From contig JBDIWC010000002.1 of NCBI GenBank assembly GCA_039794085.1, positions 64,001 through 128,000 of the forward strand: a stretch of 64,000 nt of DNA. The letters are read 5' to 3'. How positions within the stretch are numbered: position 1 is the first letter of the stretch; the number at the start of each line of letters is the position of its first letter. The notes below the pieces were generated by a model, which was not told the origin of the DNA, ran no database searches, and saw nothing but the letters and a program-made list of their open reading frames with translations. Shown one piece after another: positions 39,697 to 49,931 of this stretch. The DNA comes from Gemmatimonadales bacterium (GTDB lineage Bacteria > Gemmatimonadota > Gemmatimonadetes > Gemmatimonadales > GWC2-71-9). The position numbers were made by a program, and so were the translations under genes.

Positions 39697-40629
39697 TCAG
39701 GAACGTCGTTGCGCAATATAACGGCCCAGCAGGGTGAGGGGCCGCGCCAAGACACCGAGGGGAGCGAGGTGGGCTTCGGCCTGGGTCACAAGGCGTTCCG
39801 CCTCCCGGGCGGCTCCCGTGGCCCCCAGGAGGCTCACATACGTCGATTTGCCCAGGGTGGCATCGCGACCGGCGGTCTTGCCGAGCTCGGCGCTGGTTCC
39901 GGTGGCATCGAGCACGTCATCCGCCACCTGGAAGGCCAGTCCGATGTCGGCTCCAAAGGCACGCAGACCCGTCATCCATTCCTTCGGCGCACCGGCCAGG
40001 ATTCCCCCCAGAAGGCACGATGCCTGGATGAGAGCCCCGGTTTTCGCCGCATGAACACTCCGCAGGGAGTCGAGGGTCAGCTGCCGTCGCTCCGCCTCGA
40101 GATCGCACCACTGTCCCCCGACCATTCCGTGCAATCCGCTGGCGGAAAAGAGAACACGGGCCATGCGCGAGAGCCCCTCCGGGCCCAGATCCGCCTGCTC
40201 CGCTCCCTCCGCAAGGACTTCGGCGGCCACGGCCACCAGCGCATAGCCCGCACGAGTGGCGGCCGCGGTTCCGAAACGGCGATGCACGGTGGGCCTGCCT
40301 CGGCGTTGGTCGTCATCGTCCATGCAGGGCAGGTCGTCGTGGACGAGCGAATAGGTGTGGACGACCTCCACCGCCGCCCCGATGCTTGCCACCGAGGACT
40401 CCCTTCCTCCGGCCTCCTTCCCTCGCCCCTCGCACGCGCGCCAGGCGGCGTGCACCAGGGCGGGGCGCACGCGTTTGCCCGGACTCTCCAAGGCATAGGC
40501 GATCGCTTCTCCCTCGACTCCGGGCACCTCGAGGCGCAGGCGAGTCGCCCAGCGAGTCAGGACGCCGTCGGTGCGGGCCCGGGCTCCGTCGAGGAGATCG
40601 GCCACCTCCGTCCGGGTGTCACTCGTCAC
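39697..40629 (-). CDS. ispA: Polyprenyl (farnesyl/geranylgeranyl) diphosphate synthase
   Basis: GKRVRP, SLVHDDLPCMDDDDQRRG, FQVADDVLD and LGKTAG. Confidence 0.92.
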   Translation of the reverse strand: MTSDTRTEVADLLDGARARTDGVLTRWATRLRLEVPGVEGEAIAYALESPGKRVRPALVHAAWRACEGRGKEAGGRESSVASIGAAVEVVHTYSLVHDDLPCMDDDDQRRGRPTVHRRFGTAAATRAGYALVAVAAEVLAEGAEQADLGPEGLSRMARVLFSASGLHGMVGGQWCDLEAERRQLTLDSLRSVHAAKTGALIQASCLLGGILAGAPKEWMTGLRAFGADIGLAFQVADDVLDATGTSAELGKTAGRDATLGKSTYVSLLGATGAAREAERLVTQAEAHLAPLGVLARPLTLLGRYIAQRRS

Positions 40630-40831
40630 GGTCGACCATCCGGATGGTGTCGCCCGCCTCCGCGACGACCTCCTGAACCCGGGCGTCGGCGGCGCTGAGG
40701 ATCTCGCGAGCCTGCCGAAGATGCCGGATCCCCTCCTCGAAAAGCGCCAGGGATCGGTCGAGATCCAGGTCATCCTCCTCCAGGTGACGGACGATCTCCT
40801 CCAAACGGCGCAGGTCTTCGGCCAGCGTCAT
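40619..40831 (-). CDS. xseB: Exodeoxyribonuclease VII small subunit
   Basis: LEEIVRHLE...LDRSLALFEEG. Lies between xseA and ispA. Confidence 0.93.
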   Translation of the reverse strand: MTLAEDLRRLEEIVRHLEEDDLDLDRSLALFEEGIRHLRQAREILSAADARVQEVVAEAGDTIRMVDRDE

Positions 40832-42000
40832 CGAGTACCTCCCCGGTTGTCCACACGCGCTGCCACTGCGCCATCGGCGAGTCGCAGGGTGAACGGCATG
40901 GCAGGCGTGAGATCCGCGACGCGCCGAAGGACCCGGCCATCGGTACCCTGCGCCACGGCATACCCCCGCTCCAGGACCCGGAGAGGACTCAAGGCCTCCA
41001 ACTGCGCGGCATGCCGTTCAACAGTTCGCCGCCACCGATCGATCCGGCGGGACCAGGCCGTGGCCAGTCGGTCCCCCGAACGCAACAGGCGCTCCTGAGC
41101 GAGGCGGGTCGGCCGGCGGAGTCCCTGGGCCAATCGATCGGCCAGATGATCGAGACCGGACATCACATGATCCCGGTCGGGAAAGGCCATCTCCGCAGCC
41201 GCCGAGGGCGTGGGGGCACGGCGATCCGCGACCAGATCGGCCAACGAGACATCGGTTTCGTGTCCCACCGCCGAGATGACGGGAACCGGCACGGCGGCCA
41301 CCGCGCGGCAGACCCGCTCGTCATCAAACGCACCCAGATCCTCCCGGGATCCACCACCCCGCGCCAGGAGACAGAGATCCACCGGCAACCGGCCCACCAT
41401 CTGGAGGGCCCGCACCAAGTCCTCCACGGCGCCACTTCCCTGCACCCGCGCCGAGACGACGAGAACCGTGGCCAGGGGCCACCGCCGTCGTTGCACCGTC
41501 AGAACGTCATGCAGCACCGCCCCATCAGTGCTGGTGACGAGAGCGACCGCGCGAGGGAAAGCCGGGAGAGGCCGTTTTCGCTCGACGGCCAGGAGACCAT
41601 CCTGCTCCAATGCGAGCCGGGTTCGTTCCCTCTCCCGTTCGGCAGTTCCCACCGCAGCCGTGGGCAGCACCACCACGGCAGAGAGGCGAAGCTCGCCGCG
41701 CTCTTCCCAGAGCGAGGGCCGCGCCAGGATATAGACTTCGGTTCCGTCGGCCGGGGGGGCCCCCGCCCGTTGGGTATAGGTGCGCCACATGACGCACCGC
41801 ACCTGGGCGTCGGGATCGCGCAGGGTGAAGTACCAGTGCCCGCTCTGATAGCGCTTGAGCCCGGTGACCTCACCCCGGATCCAGACCTGTCCGATCGCCC
41901 CTTCAACAGCCGTGCGCAGCAGAGCGGCGATCTCCGCCACACCGAACGCCCGGTCCCGGGGTGCGACGCCGTCGGCGGGCGAGAACAGGTCACCCCCCAT
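40828..42000 (-). CDS. xseA: Exodeoxyribonuclease VII large subunit
   Basis: SGHWYFTLRD, RGGGSREDL, SAVGHETD and APTPSAAAE. Confidence 0.96.
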   Translation of the reverse strand: MGGDLFSPADGVAPRDRAFGVAEIAALLRTAVEGAIGQVWIRGEVTGLKRYQSGHWYFTLRDPDAQVRCVMWRTYTQRAGAPPADGTEVYILARPSLWEERGELRLSAVVVLPTAAVGTAERERERTRLALEQDGLLAVERKRPLPAFPRAVALVTSTDGAVLHDVLTVQRRRWPLATVLVVSARVQGSGAVEDLVRALQMVGRLPVDLCLLARGGGSREDLGAFDDERVCRAVAAVPVPVISAVGHETDVSLADLVADRRAPTPSAAAEMAFPDRDHVMSGLDHLADRLAQGLRRPTRLAQERLLRSGDRLATAWSRRIDRWRRTVERHAAQLEALSPLRVLERGYAVAQGTDGRVLRRVADLTPAMPFTLRLADGAVAARVDNRGGTR

Positions 42001-42877
42001 GGGCCATCCGGGCGGCCTGCACAGTGTTCACGAGCAGCATGGCGATGGTCATGGGTCCCACTCCCCCCGGGACCGGTGTGATCGCCGAGGTCCGGGGCGC
42101 CACGGCGTCGAAGTCGACGTCCCCCACCAGCCGATATCCGCGGGACGCGCTGGCATCCTCCACCCGGTTGATCCCGACGTCCACCACGACGGCCCCGGGC
42201 CGCACCATCTCGGCCGTCACGAAGTGCGGACGCCCGATGGCGACGATGAGGAGATCCGCCGAGGCGGTGATCGCGGGGAGATCCCGGGACCGCGAGTGAC
42301 AGACCGTGACGGTGGCGTTGCCCCCCGGGCCATTCTGAAGCAGCAGGCTCGCCATGGGGCGCCCGACGATGGTGGATCGCCCCACGATCACGGCGTGGGC
42401 CCCGGCGGTCTCGACCCCGGATCGGAGCAGCATTTGTTGCACACCGTAGGGCGTGGCGGGACGAAACCCGGTGGGATCCCCCCGGGAGACCTTGCCGATG
42501 TTGACAGGGTGGAATCCGTCCACATCCTTGGCGGGACTGATGCGCTGGATGACCCGGTCGGTGTCGATGTGTTTCGGAAGCGGCAATTGAACCAGCATGC
42601 CATGGATGGCGGGATCCGCGTTCAGCCGATCGATGACCGCGAGCACCTCCCCCTCCGGGGCCTCGGCGGGCAGGCGGATCGTGGCCGAGTGCATCCCCGC
42701 TTCCTCGCAGGCACGGCCCTTGTTGCGCACATAGACCTGGCTGGCGGGATCCTCGCCCACGAGCACCACGGCGAGTCCCGGGGTGATGCCCCGCGTCACC
42801 AGGAGGGACACCTCGTCGGCCACCTCCGCACGAATCGCCCGCCCGAGGGCCACGCCATCCAACAACCGTCCACTCAT
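41990..42877 (-). CDS. folD: Methylenetetrahydrofolate dehydrogenase/cyclohydrolase
   Basis: YVRNK, LVQLPLP, KDVDGFHP, GRSTIVGRP and TPVPGGVGPMT. Confidence 0.97.
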   Translation of the reverse strand: MSGRLLDGVALGRAIRAEVADEVSLLVTRGITPGLAVVLVGEDPASQVYVRNKGRACEEAGMHSATIRLPAEAPEGEVLAVIDRLNADPAIHGMLVQLPLPKHIDTDRVIQRISPAKDVDGFHPVNIGKVSRGDPTGFRPATPYGVQQMLLRSGVETAGAHAVIVGRSTIVGRPMASLLLQNGPGGNATVTVCHSRSRDLPAITASADLLIVAIGRPHFVTAEMVRPGAVVVDVGINRVEDASASRGYRLVGDVDFDAVAPRTSAITPVPGGVGPMTIAMLLVNTVQAARMAHGG

Positions 42878-44454
42878 CGAGCCACTCCTGTCTTGCGGGT
42901 TTCCCGGATCACCACCACGCGGATCTGACCGGGGTACTGGAGTTCTCCCTCGATCCGCCGGGCGATGCTCTCTGCCAGGTCGGCCGCGTCCGCATCCGTG
43001 ACCTTGTCCGGAGTCACGATCACGCGCACTTCACGGCCAGCTTGAATGACGTTGGTTTTTTCCACCCCGGGGAATCCGCCGGCGATCGCCTCGAGGTTTG
43101 TCAGTCGCTTGACGTAACTTTCGAAGGCCTCCCGTCGTGCCCCGGGGCGGGCGCCGCTGATGGCGTCGGCGGCCTGCACCAGGACCGATTCGGTGCTCTC
43201 ATGGGGAACGTCGTCGTGGTGCGCCTGGATGCAGTTGATGACGGCCGGCTTTTCGCCGTAGCGCCGTGCCATCTCCACCCCCAGTTCCACATGCGTTCCC
43301 TCGTGCTCATGGGTGAGCACTTTCCCCACGTCGTGCAGCAGTCCCCCGCGCCGAGCCAGCTGGACGTCCGCCTTGAGTTCGGCCGCGAGCATCCCGGCGA
43401 TCCATGCCACTTCCTTGGAATGCTCGTAGATGTTCTGCCCGTAGCTCGACCGGTACCGCATGCGTCCCACCAGTTTGATCAACTCCGGATGCAGTCCGTG
43501 CACGCCCAGGTCAAACGCCGCGCGCTCGCCCAATTCGACGAGCTGGCCCTCGAGCTCCCGGCTGACCTTGGCCACGACCTCCTCGATCCGGCCGGGATGA
43601 ATCCGGCCATCCGTGATCAATGCTTCCAGCGCCCGGCGGGCCACCTCGCGGCGGATCGGCTCGAAGCAGGAGATGATGACGGTGTCGGGGGTGTCGTCGA
43701 TGATGACGTCCACCCCGGTGGCGGTTTCGAAGGCGCGAATGTTCCGGCCCTCCCGCCCAATGATGCGTCCCTTCATCTCGTCGCCGGGAAGGACCACCGC
43801 GGCCACGGTGGTTTCCGCGGTGTAATCCGAGGCCATCCGTTGAATGGACGTGGCCAGAATGCGCCGGGCATCCCGTTCGGCAGTGCGCTTGGCCTCCTCG
43901 CGGATGTCCCGCGCGAGCGCCGATGCCTGTCCCCGGGCCTCGTCCTCGACGCGCTGCATCACCTCGCGCCGCGCCGCCTCCTGGCTCAGCCCCGCCACCT
44001 GTTCGAGGCGTGCCGTCTGCTCCGCGATGAGCCGGTCGATGTCCTGCTGCCGGGCGTCGGTGCGCCGCTCGGTCTCCTCCACCTTCCGGATCCGGGTCGT
44101 GAGCTGTTGCTCCTGCCGATTGCTCTCCTGCACCCGGCGACTCAGCGCCTCCTCCCGTTCCTCCAGCCGGTGTTCCACGCGCTCCGCCTCCTCGCGCCGC
44201 CGCTTGATCTCCCGCTCCACCTCTTCCCGCAACTGCAGAGCTTCCACTTTCCCTTCGAGAACCGCGGCGGTCTTCAGTCCCTCCACCTCCTGGGCCGCCT
44301 TGGCCAGGAGACTACGGACCTGTGCCTCGGCGGCGGTGATGAGATCGCGGGCGGTCCGTCGCCGGGCTCGAGCCACGACGACTCCCACCACGAGGGCGAG
44401 CACGATTCCGGACGCGAATCCCCCCAGCAGGGGGACGAGGGTGGACGGGGGCAT
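42874..44454 (-). CDS. rny: Ribonuclease Y
   Basis: N-terminal membrane segment and coiled coil, KH motif MKGRIIGREGRNIR, HD motif LLHDVGK. Confidence 0.97.
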   Translation of the reverse strand: MPPSTLVPLLGGFASGIVLALVVGVVVARARRRTARDLITAAEAQVRSLLAKAAQEVEGLKTAAVLEGKVEALQLREEVEREIKRRREEAERVEHRLEEREEALSRRVQESNRQEQQLTTRIRKVEETERRTDARQQDIDRLIAEQTARLEQVAGLSQEAARREVMQRVEDEARGQASALARDIREEAKRTAERDARRILATSIQRMASDYTAETTVAAVVLPGDEMKGRIIGREGRNIRAFETATGVDVIIDDTPDTVIISCFEPIRREVARRALEALITDGRIHPGRIEEVVAKVSRELEGQLVELGERAAFDLGVHGLHPELIKLVGRMRYRSSYGQNIYEHSKEVAWIAGMLAAELKADVQLARRGGLLHDVGKVLTHEHEGTHVELGVEMARRYGEKPAVINCIQAHHDDVPHESTESVLVQAADAISGARPGARREAFESYVKRLTNLEAIAGGFPGVEKTNVIQAGREVRVIVTPDKVTDADAADLAESIARRIEGELQYPGQIRVVVIRETRKTGVAR

Positions 44455-44496
44455 GACAGTTCTCCGCACGCGACCCGGAAGGCCGCGGAATCGTCG

Positions 44497-44823
44497 TTAT
44501 TCGGGGGTGGCCGGAGCCCCCGTTGTGCGTCCGCTCCGCTTGGAAGGCGGAAGCAGCCGTGTGACTTCATCGGCCAGATCCTGGAGCCGCGCCGCCTGGG
44601 CGGCATCGCCCCGCCGGGCCTCGAACAGTTCATCCGTCACGGCGAGTCCGGCAAGAACGGCGGCCTTGTGGGCCTCGATGGTCGGCATGGCTCGCCGAAT
44701 CGACCCCAGCACCTCGTCGAAGTGGCGGGCCACCTCCCGGGTGTATTCCGGAGAGAGCTCGGAGCGGACGGTGAACTCGTCACCTCCGATGACCACCCGA
44801 ACCGCCTGACGCTCCTTGCTCAT
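44497..44823 (-). CDS. zapA: Cell division protein ZapA
   Basis: VRVVIGGDEFTV and KAAVLAGLAVTDELF. Lies between pheT and rny. Confidence 0.85.
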   Translation of the reverse strand: MSKERQAVRVVIGGDEFTVRSELSPEYTREVARHFDEVLGSIRRAMPTIEAHKAAVLAGLAVTDELFEARRGDAAQAARLQDLADEVTRLLPPSKRSGRTTGAPATPE

Positions 44824-45143
44824 GCGACCGGTTCCCCCTCCTGGTGTGCCAGGAACCCAAGCCGGGACCGGAGTTGGTTGACCCGGCCCAGGGCGTCCTC
44901 GATGCGCTGCAGGAGCAGATGGTTTTCCGTTTCCAGATCCACGATCCGCTGACGCACCTGCTGTGCCTCTTCCCCGGCCAGGACGCCTCCCCCCGTCCCC
45001 CCCCGGGCCCGCAATCCCTCCAACTCACCCTCGGCCCGAAGCGCACGGCGGCGCCAGGCGGCCAGCTCGTCCTGCAGACCTCGGACAAGGCCCTCCACCC
45101 GGGTCAGGGCGGCCTGATCAGGACGTTCGTAGGACGATGCCAA
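44820..45143 (-). CDS. Coiled-coil protein upstream of zapA (ZapB-like)
   Basis: TTG start after AGGAG. Heptad-rich sequence (LETENHLLLQRIEDALGRV). Confidence 0.6.
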   Translation of the reverse strand: MASSYERPDQAALTRVEGLVRGLQDELAAWRRRALRAEGELEGLRARGGTGGGVLAGEEAQQVRQRIVDLETENHLLLQRIEDALGRVNQLRSRLGFLAHQEGEPVA

Positions 45144-47511
45144 GCGTCTCCTCGACTTCCTGGCGGGCTCGGTCCAGAGCCCGGTCAATCTCCTGTTCCC
45201 TCAGAGTGCGCTCCGGGTGACGAAACCGGAGACGGAAGGCCACGCTCCGGTGTCCCGGCGCGATCCCCGCACCGCGGAACTCATCGACCACCGTCACCGA
45301 TTCCACAATCCGTCCCCCCCCCTTTCTCAATCCGGCACTGACCTTCTCTGCGGTCACGCCGGAGGGCAGGACCAGCGCAAGATCCCGTTCCGCCGAGGGT
45401 GTGGAGGGCCACGGACTGAACACAGGAGGGCCGGGTGGGGAGAGGGACACCGTCACCTCGAGCCCGAACACCGGATCGGCCCATGCGGGAGCATCGGCCC
45501 GGAGGGGGGTCGCGTGCCCGGCCACACGACCCTCCTCATCCACTGCGATCCATCCCTCCCCCGATGCAACATGTACGCGGGCGGCGGGATTTGCCAAGAG
45601 CACCACCGCCTCGAACAACCCCTTCAGGTCCCAGATATCCACCGGGTCTCCCTTGCCACTGGAGGTCCAGTGAGCCGGGCTTCGGGCCCCAGTCACGACC
45701 ACAGCGACGTGCAGTTCCTCCTGAGGAGGGGCCAGCACCCCTGTTCCGGGACGGAAGACCGTCCCCACCTCGAAGAGGCGCACGGTCCCTTGATGGCCCG
45801 CCCAATTGGCCTCGACCTGCCGGAGGAGCCCGGGAAGGATCTCGGAACGCAACTGACCATGGTCCGAAGAAAGCGGGTTGGCCACCGCCACCCCCCGAGG
45901 GTCATCACACAGGGAGAGGGAGAGTGTTTCCCACAGCCCGAAGGGAACCAATCCCGCCCGCACCCGGTCCGCCGCCGAGGCATCCGGCGCATCGTCCCGA
46001 GCCCCGAGGCGGAAGGGGCCCAGGTCGGACGGCAATCGGTCATATCCGTAGATCCTGGCGACCTCCTCGATGAGATCGATTTCGGCCTCCAGATCGGGGC
46101 GCCACCCGGGGACGTCCACGGCCAGGCGTCCGTCGGCCGGCTTGGCCACCACCGTTGCCCCGATGGCCACCAGGGCGTCCTCGATCGCCCGGACCGGCAG
46201 GGTGACTCCGAGGACTCGGGCCACCCGGTCAATGCGCAGGAAGATGCGGGCGGGGTGACGGACGGAGGGCCAGACATCGATCGGGCGTCCGGCCACCGAT
46301 CCTCCGGCCACGGTGAGGAGCACTTCCAGTCCCCGGCGGAGGGCATCGGTGGAGGCCTGCAGATCCACACCCCGTTCGAAACGGTAGCTGGCGTCGGTCG
46401 AGAGGTCCAGGGAGCGTCGCGTCCCCCGGATCCGCGCGGGCTCGAACCAGGCGCATTCCACAACGAGGTCCGTGGTGGTTTGGCGGACCTCGGTCGCCTC
46501 CCCACCCATGATGCCGGCGATGCCGATGGCCCGCTCGGCGTCGGCGATCACGGTCATCCCCTCCGTCAGGATTCTCCGGGTGCCATCGAGAGTGACCACG
46601 GTCTCGCCCTCGAGTGAGGCCCGGGCCTGCACCAACGGGCCGGTCAGGGTCGCGAGATCATAGGCATGCAGCGGATGGCCGAGTTCCAGCATCACATAGT
46701 TGGTGGCATCGACCACGTTGTTGATGGACCGCACTCCGGCGGCCTCCAATCGCTGCCGCAGCCAGAGGGGAGACGGACCCACCTTGATTCCGCGCACCAC
46801 GGCGACCAGGAGTCGTTCGCACCCCGACCCTGGTTCCACGGCCACCTGCACGCCCCTGCACCCCTCGCTCTCTCCGGTCGATCCCGCCACTCCCCTCGCC
46901 CTGTCCGGGGCCGGAACCTCCTCCCCGCGCGACCCCGGTATCACCGGAAGCCGGAACGGTATCCCCAGAGCGGAGGCCAATTCCCGAGCCACGCCCTTGT
47001 GGCCCAGAAGATCGGGTCGATTGGGAGTGACGTCCACCTCCAGACGATCATCCCGAACGGGCAGCACATCGAGAAGCGGCGTTCCGGGTTCAGCGTCAGT
47101 ATCCAGCGTGAGAAGACCATCGTGGTCATCGGACAGCTCGAGCTCCCGTCCGGAGCAGAGCATCCCCTGGGACACTTCCCCCCGCAGCTTGCGCTGGGCG
47201 ATGGTCAGGCCCCCGGGAAGGGTCGTTCCCATCCGCGCAAACGGATACCTGCCCCCCGCCACGACATTGGGAGCCCCGCACACCACCTGCCAGGTCCCGG
47301 CGCCGTCCTCGACGGTGCAGACCCGGAGACGATCGGCATTGGGGTGTGGGATCACCTCGCTCACCCGGGCCACCACGATCTGCTCCAGGATCGCGTGGAG
47401 GGATTCGATGGCGTCCACCGGTGCCCCCAGCATGGCGAGGCGGTCGGCCACCTCCTGGACCTCCAGGGGACGATTGAGAAAGGCCTCCAGCCAGCGTCGA
47501 GACACAAGCAT
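45118..47511 (-). CDS. pheT: Phenylalanine-tRNA ligase beta subunit
   Basis: HPNADRL, VCGAPN, TPNRPDLLG, SYRFERG, DLIEEVARIYG and C-terminal FDX-ACB. Confidence 0.97.
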   Translation of the reverse strand: MLVSRRWLEAFLNRPLEVQEVADRLAMLGAPVDAIESLHAILEQIVVARVSEVIPHPNADRLRVCTVEDGAGTWQVVCGAPNVVAGGRYPFARMGTTLPGGLTIAQRKLRGEVSQGMLCSGRELELSDDHDGLLTLDTDAEPGTPLLDVLPVRDDRLEVDVTPNRPDLLGHKGVARELASALGIPFRLPVIPGSRGEEVPAPDRARGVAGSTGESEGCRGVQVAVEPGSGCERLLVAVVRGIKVGPSPLWLRQRLEAAGVRSINNVVDATNYVMLELGHPLHAYDLATLTGPLVQARASLEGETVVTLDGTRRILTEGMTVIADAERAIGIAGIMGGEATEVRQTTTDLVVECAWFEPARIRGTRRSLDLSTDASYRFERGVDLQASTDALRRGLEVLLTVAGGSVAGRPIDVWPSVRHPARIFLRIDRVARVLGVTLPVRAIEDALVAIGATVVAKPADGRLAVDVPGWRPDLEAEIDLIEEVARIYGYDRLPSDLGPFRLGARDDAPDASAADRVRAGLVPFGLWETLSLSLCDDPRGVAVANPLSSDHGQLRSEILPGLLRQVEANWAGHQGTVRLFEVGTVFRPGTGVLAPPQEELHVAVVVTGARSPAHWTSSGKGDPVDIWDLKGLFEAVVLLANPAARVHVASGEGWIAVDEEGRVAGHATPLRADAPAWADPVFGLEVTVSLSPPGPPVFSPWPSTPSAERDLALVLPSGVTAEKVSAGLRKGGGRIVESVTVVDEFRGAGIAPGHRSVAFRLRFRHPERTLREQEIDRALDRARQEVEETLGIVLRTS

Positions 47512-47514
47512 TGG

Positions 47515-48561
47515 TTATCCGAACTGCGAGAGGAAGCGCATGTCCCCCTCGTAGAGGAGGCGAATGTCAGGGATGCCATAGCGGTTCATGGCAATGCGAC
47601 CGGGGCCCATGCCAAAGGCCCACCCGGTGAATCGCTCCGGATCCACCCCCCCATGCTCCAGCACGCGGGGATGGACCATGCCGCATCCGAGGATCTCCAT
47701 CCATCCGGTTCCCTTGCAGGCGGCACATCCGTCCCCGCCACACAGTTGGCACCGGACATCCATTTCGGCGGAGGGTTCGGTGAACGGGAAGAAGGAGGGC
47801 CGGAACCGCACGGCCACGCCCGGCCCGAAGAAGCGCCGTGCCACGTGGGTCAGAGTGGCCTTGAGATCGACGAAACCGATTCCCTCGTCCACCGCGAACC
47901 CGTCCAGCTGGGCGAAGGCCGGAGCATGAGACGCGTCGAACGGGTCCTTGCGATACACCATGCCCGGCATCACCACCCGATAGGGGGGTGGTCCCTCCCG
48001 CATGGTCCGCACCTGAACCGGTGTCGTGTGGGTTCGGAGCAGCAGGCGGGTTTCCGGTCCCTCCGCCTCGGTCCCCGCGAGATACAGCGTGTCGTGCATG
48101 TCCATGGCGGGGTGATCGGGTGGAAAATTGAGCGCGCGAAAGTTCATCCACTCACTTTCCACCTCGGGCCCGGTCGCGACGGAGAAGCCCAACCCGTGGA
48201 AAATTCCGGTCAATTCCTGAATCACTCGCGTCACGGGATGGAGCCCGCCGGACCAGACTTCGCGCCCCGGCATCGACAGGTCCAGGGTGGAGAAAGGAGA
48301 GCGTTCACCGGCCAGTTCGGCCCGTCGGCGCTCCAGCGCCTCCTGACAGTGCACCTTGATCCGGTTGACGGCGGCACCGAAGGGTTTCCGTTCCTCGGCG
48401 GGGAGGGTCGGGATCCGTCGGGCCTCCGCCGTGAGGATCCCTCCCTTGCGACCGAGAAGGGCGATCGCCTCGGCCTCCAGTTCGGGACGCGACAAATGGG
48501 GGATCGCCTCCAGGCGAGTCCGGAGGGCATCGAGAGAAGGGTACCCGGTCGCGTCAACCAT
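47515..48561 (-). CDS. pheS: Phenylalanine-tRNA ligase alpha subunit
   Basis: HPAMDMHDT, LRTHTT, RFRPSFFPFTEPS and GWAFGMG. Confidence 0.97.
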   Translation of the reverse strand: MVDATGYPSLDALRTRLEAIPHLSRPELEAEAIALLGRKGGILTAEARRIPTLPAEERKPFGAAVNRIKVHCQEALERRRAELAGERSPFSTLDLSMPGREVWSGGLHPVTRVIQELTGIFHGLGFSVATGPEVESEWMNFRALNFPPDHPAMDMHDTLYLAGTEAEGPETRLLLRTHTTPVQVRTMREGPPPYRVVMPGMVYRKDPFDASHAPAFAQLDGFAVDEGIGFVDLKATLTHVARRFFGPGVAVRFRPSFFPFTEPSAEMDVRCQLCGGDGCAACKGTGWMEILGCGMVHPRVLEHGGVDPERFTGWAFGMGPGRIAMNRYGIPDIRLLYEGDMRFLSQFG

Positions 48562-48743
48562 TGATCGTTCCACTCACTCATCGGTCTGGAGAGACACTCG
48601 GGGGAGACCACAGGCCGAGGGACGTGAGGACAGCCCCCCGGCGCCGAGGAGTGGCGACCTCCCCGGACGATGCCTGGACTGCGAGCGAAGCCGAGCGTGC
48701 GCCGGTGTTCCCGGCGCGAATTCCGGCGCCCGGATTCAGGCGC

Positions 48744-49112
48744 TCAGGTGGTTTCCGCCGCCTGATGGCTCCTCGCCACCTCCGCCACCCGGGCGAAGGC
48801 GTCGGCATCGTGCACGGCGAGATCGGCCAGCACCTTGCGGTTGATCTCGACTCCCGCCCGAGCCAATCCGGCGATCAGACGGCTGTAACTCAGCCCGTGC
48901 AGTCGCGCCGCGGCGTTGATCCGGGTGATCCACAGACTGCGGAACTCCCCCTTCTTCTTCCGGCGATCCCGGTAGGCGTACCGCATGGCCCGCTCGGCCG
49001 TTTCCTTGGCCGCCTTGTAGAGCTTGCTGCGCCCTCCGCGCGCTCCCTTGGCCGCCTCCATGATTTTCTTCTTGCGGGCGTGGTGGGCCACCCCGTTCTT
49101 GACACGTGGCAT
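48744..49112 (-). CDS. rplT: 50S ribosomal protein L20
   Basis: MPRVK and YAYRDRRKKKGEFRSLWITRINAA. Confidence 0.98.
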   Translation of the reverse strand: MPRVKNGVAHHARKKKIMEAAKGARGGRSKLYKAAKETAERAMRYAYRDRRKKKGEFRSLWITRINAAARLHGLSYSRLIAGLARAGVEINRKVLADLAVHDADAFARVAEVARSHQAAETT

Positions 49113-49121
49113 GATCCCTCC

Positions 49122-49316
49122 TCAGGCCTGCAGCAGGCGGTTGACGCGGGGAAAATCGGCCGAGCTCACCAGGGCGCTCTTGCCCAGCTGGTTCTTCCGC
49201 TTGCGGGTCTTCTTGGTCAGAATGTGGCGAAGGTTGGCCTTGGACCGCTTCAGCTTGCCGGTGCCGGTCACGGTAAACCGCTTCATCGCCGCCCGCTTGG
49301 TTTTCATCTTGGGCAT
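49122..49316 (-). CDS. rpmI: 50S ribosomal protein L35
   Basis: [14 protein letters not shown] and HILTKK. Confidence 0.97.
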   Translation of the reverse strand: MPKMKTKRAAMKRFTVTGTGKLKRSKANLRHILTKKTRKRKNQLGKSALVSSADFPRVNRLLQA

Positions 49317-49359
49317 CGGAACATCCACTCCAGTCAACCGCCGGAATCCGGCGGCGGGA

Positions 49360-49887
49360 TCACGCCTGTCGGGGCGCGATCACCATCGTCATGTTGCGAC
49401 CTTCCAGTTTCGCGTCAAACTCAACCTTTCCCACATCCGCCAGCTCCGCCGCCACCCGGTCGAGCACGGCGCGCCCCAGATCGATCCGGGCCATCTGCCG
49501 CCCCCGAAACATCATCGTTACCTTCACCTTGTTTCCCTCCCCGAGAAACTCGCGGGCGTGCCGGGTCTTGAAGTCAAAGTCGTGATCGTCGATTCCGGGA
49601 CGGTATTTCACCTCCTTGATCTGGATCACGTGCTGCTTCTTCTTCGCCGCCCGGGCCGCCTTGGCCTCTTCAAACTTGTACTTCCCGTAGTCCATGATCT
49701 TGACCACAGGAGGCCGAGCCATCGGGGCCACCTCGACAAGATCAAGCCCCCGCGCGTCGGCGGCGGCCAGCGCCTCATCAATGGCGAGAACACCCAGTTG
49801 TTCGCCGTCCGCATCGATGACCCGGACCGGACTGATCCGGATCTGTCGGTTGATGCGAACTCGCTTTTCCCGGTCGTTTGTGGACAG
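49360..49887 (-). CDS. infC: Translation initiation factor IF-3 (non-canonical CTG start)
   Basis: The frame is open upstream of the ORF-track start: [31 protein letters not shown] ... [16 protein letters not shown] (49899-49894) lies 6 nt before CTG 49887. Confidence 0.93.
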   Translation of the reverse strand: MSTNDREKRVRINRQIRISPVRVIDADGEQLGVLAIDEALAAADARGLDLVEVAPMARPPVVKIMDYGKYKFEEAKAARAAKKKQHVIQIKEVKYRPGIDDHDFDFKTRHAREFLGEGNKVKVTMMFRGRQMARIDLGRAVLDRVAAELADVGKVEFDAKLEGRNMTMVIAPRQA

Positions 49888-49904
49888 CGGGCTACCTCCC
49901 GTAC

Positions 49905-49931
49905 AAGAAAAAACCCCGGCGAGCCGAGGTT
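49905..49931 (-). terminator. Intrinsic terminator-like hairpin immediately upstream of the infC ribosome-binding site
   Basis: Minus strand AACCTCGG-CTCG-CCGGGGTT-TTTTCTT. Confidence 0.7.

Noticed and set aside
44455..44496. 6S RNA downstream of zapA
   Set aside because: The zapA-rny gap is only about 40 bp, too short to hold it.
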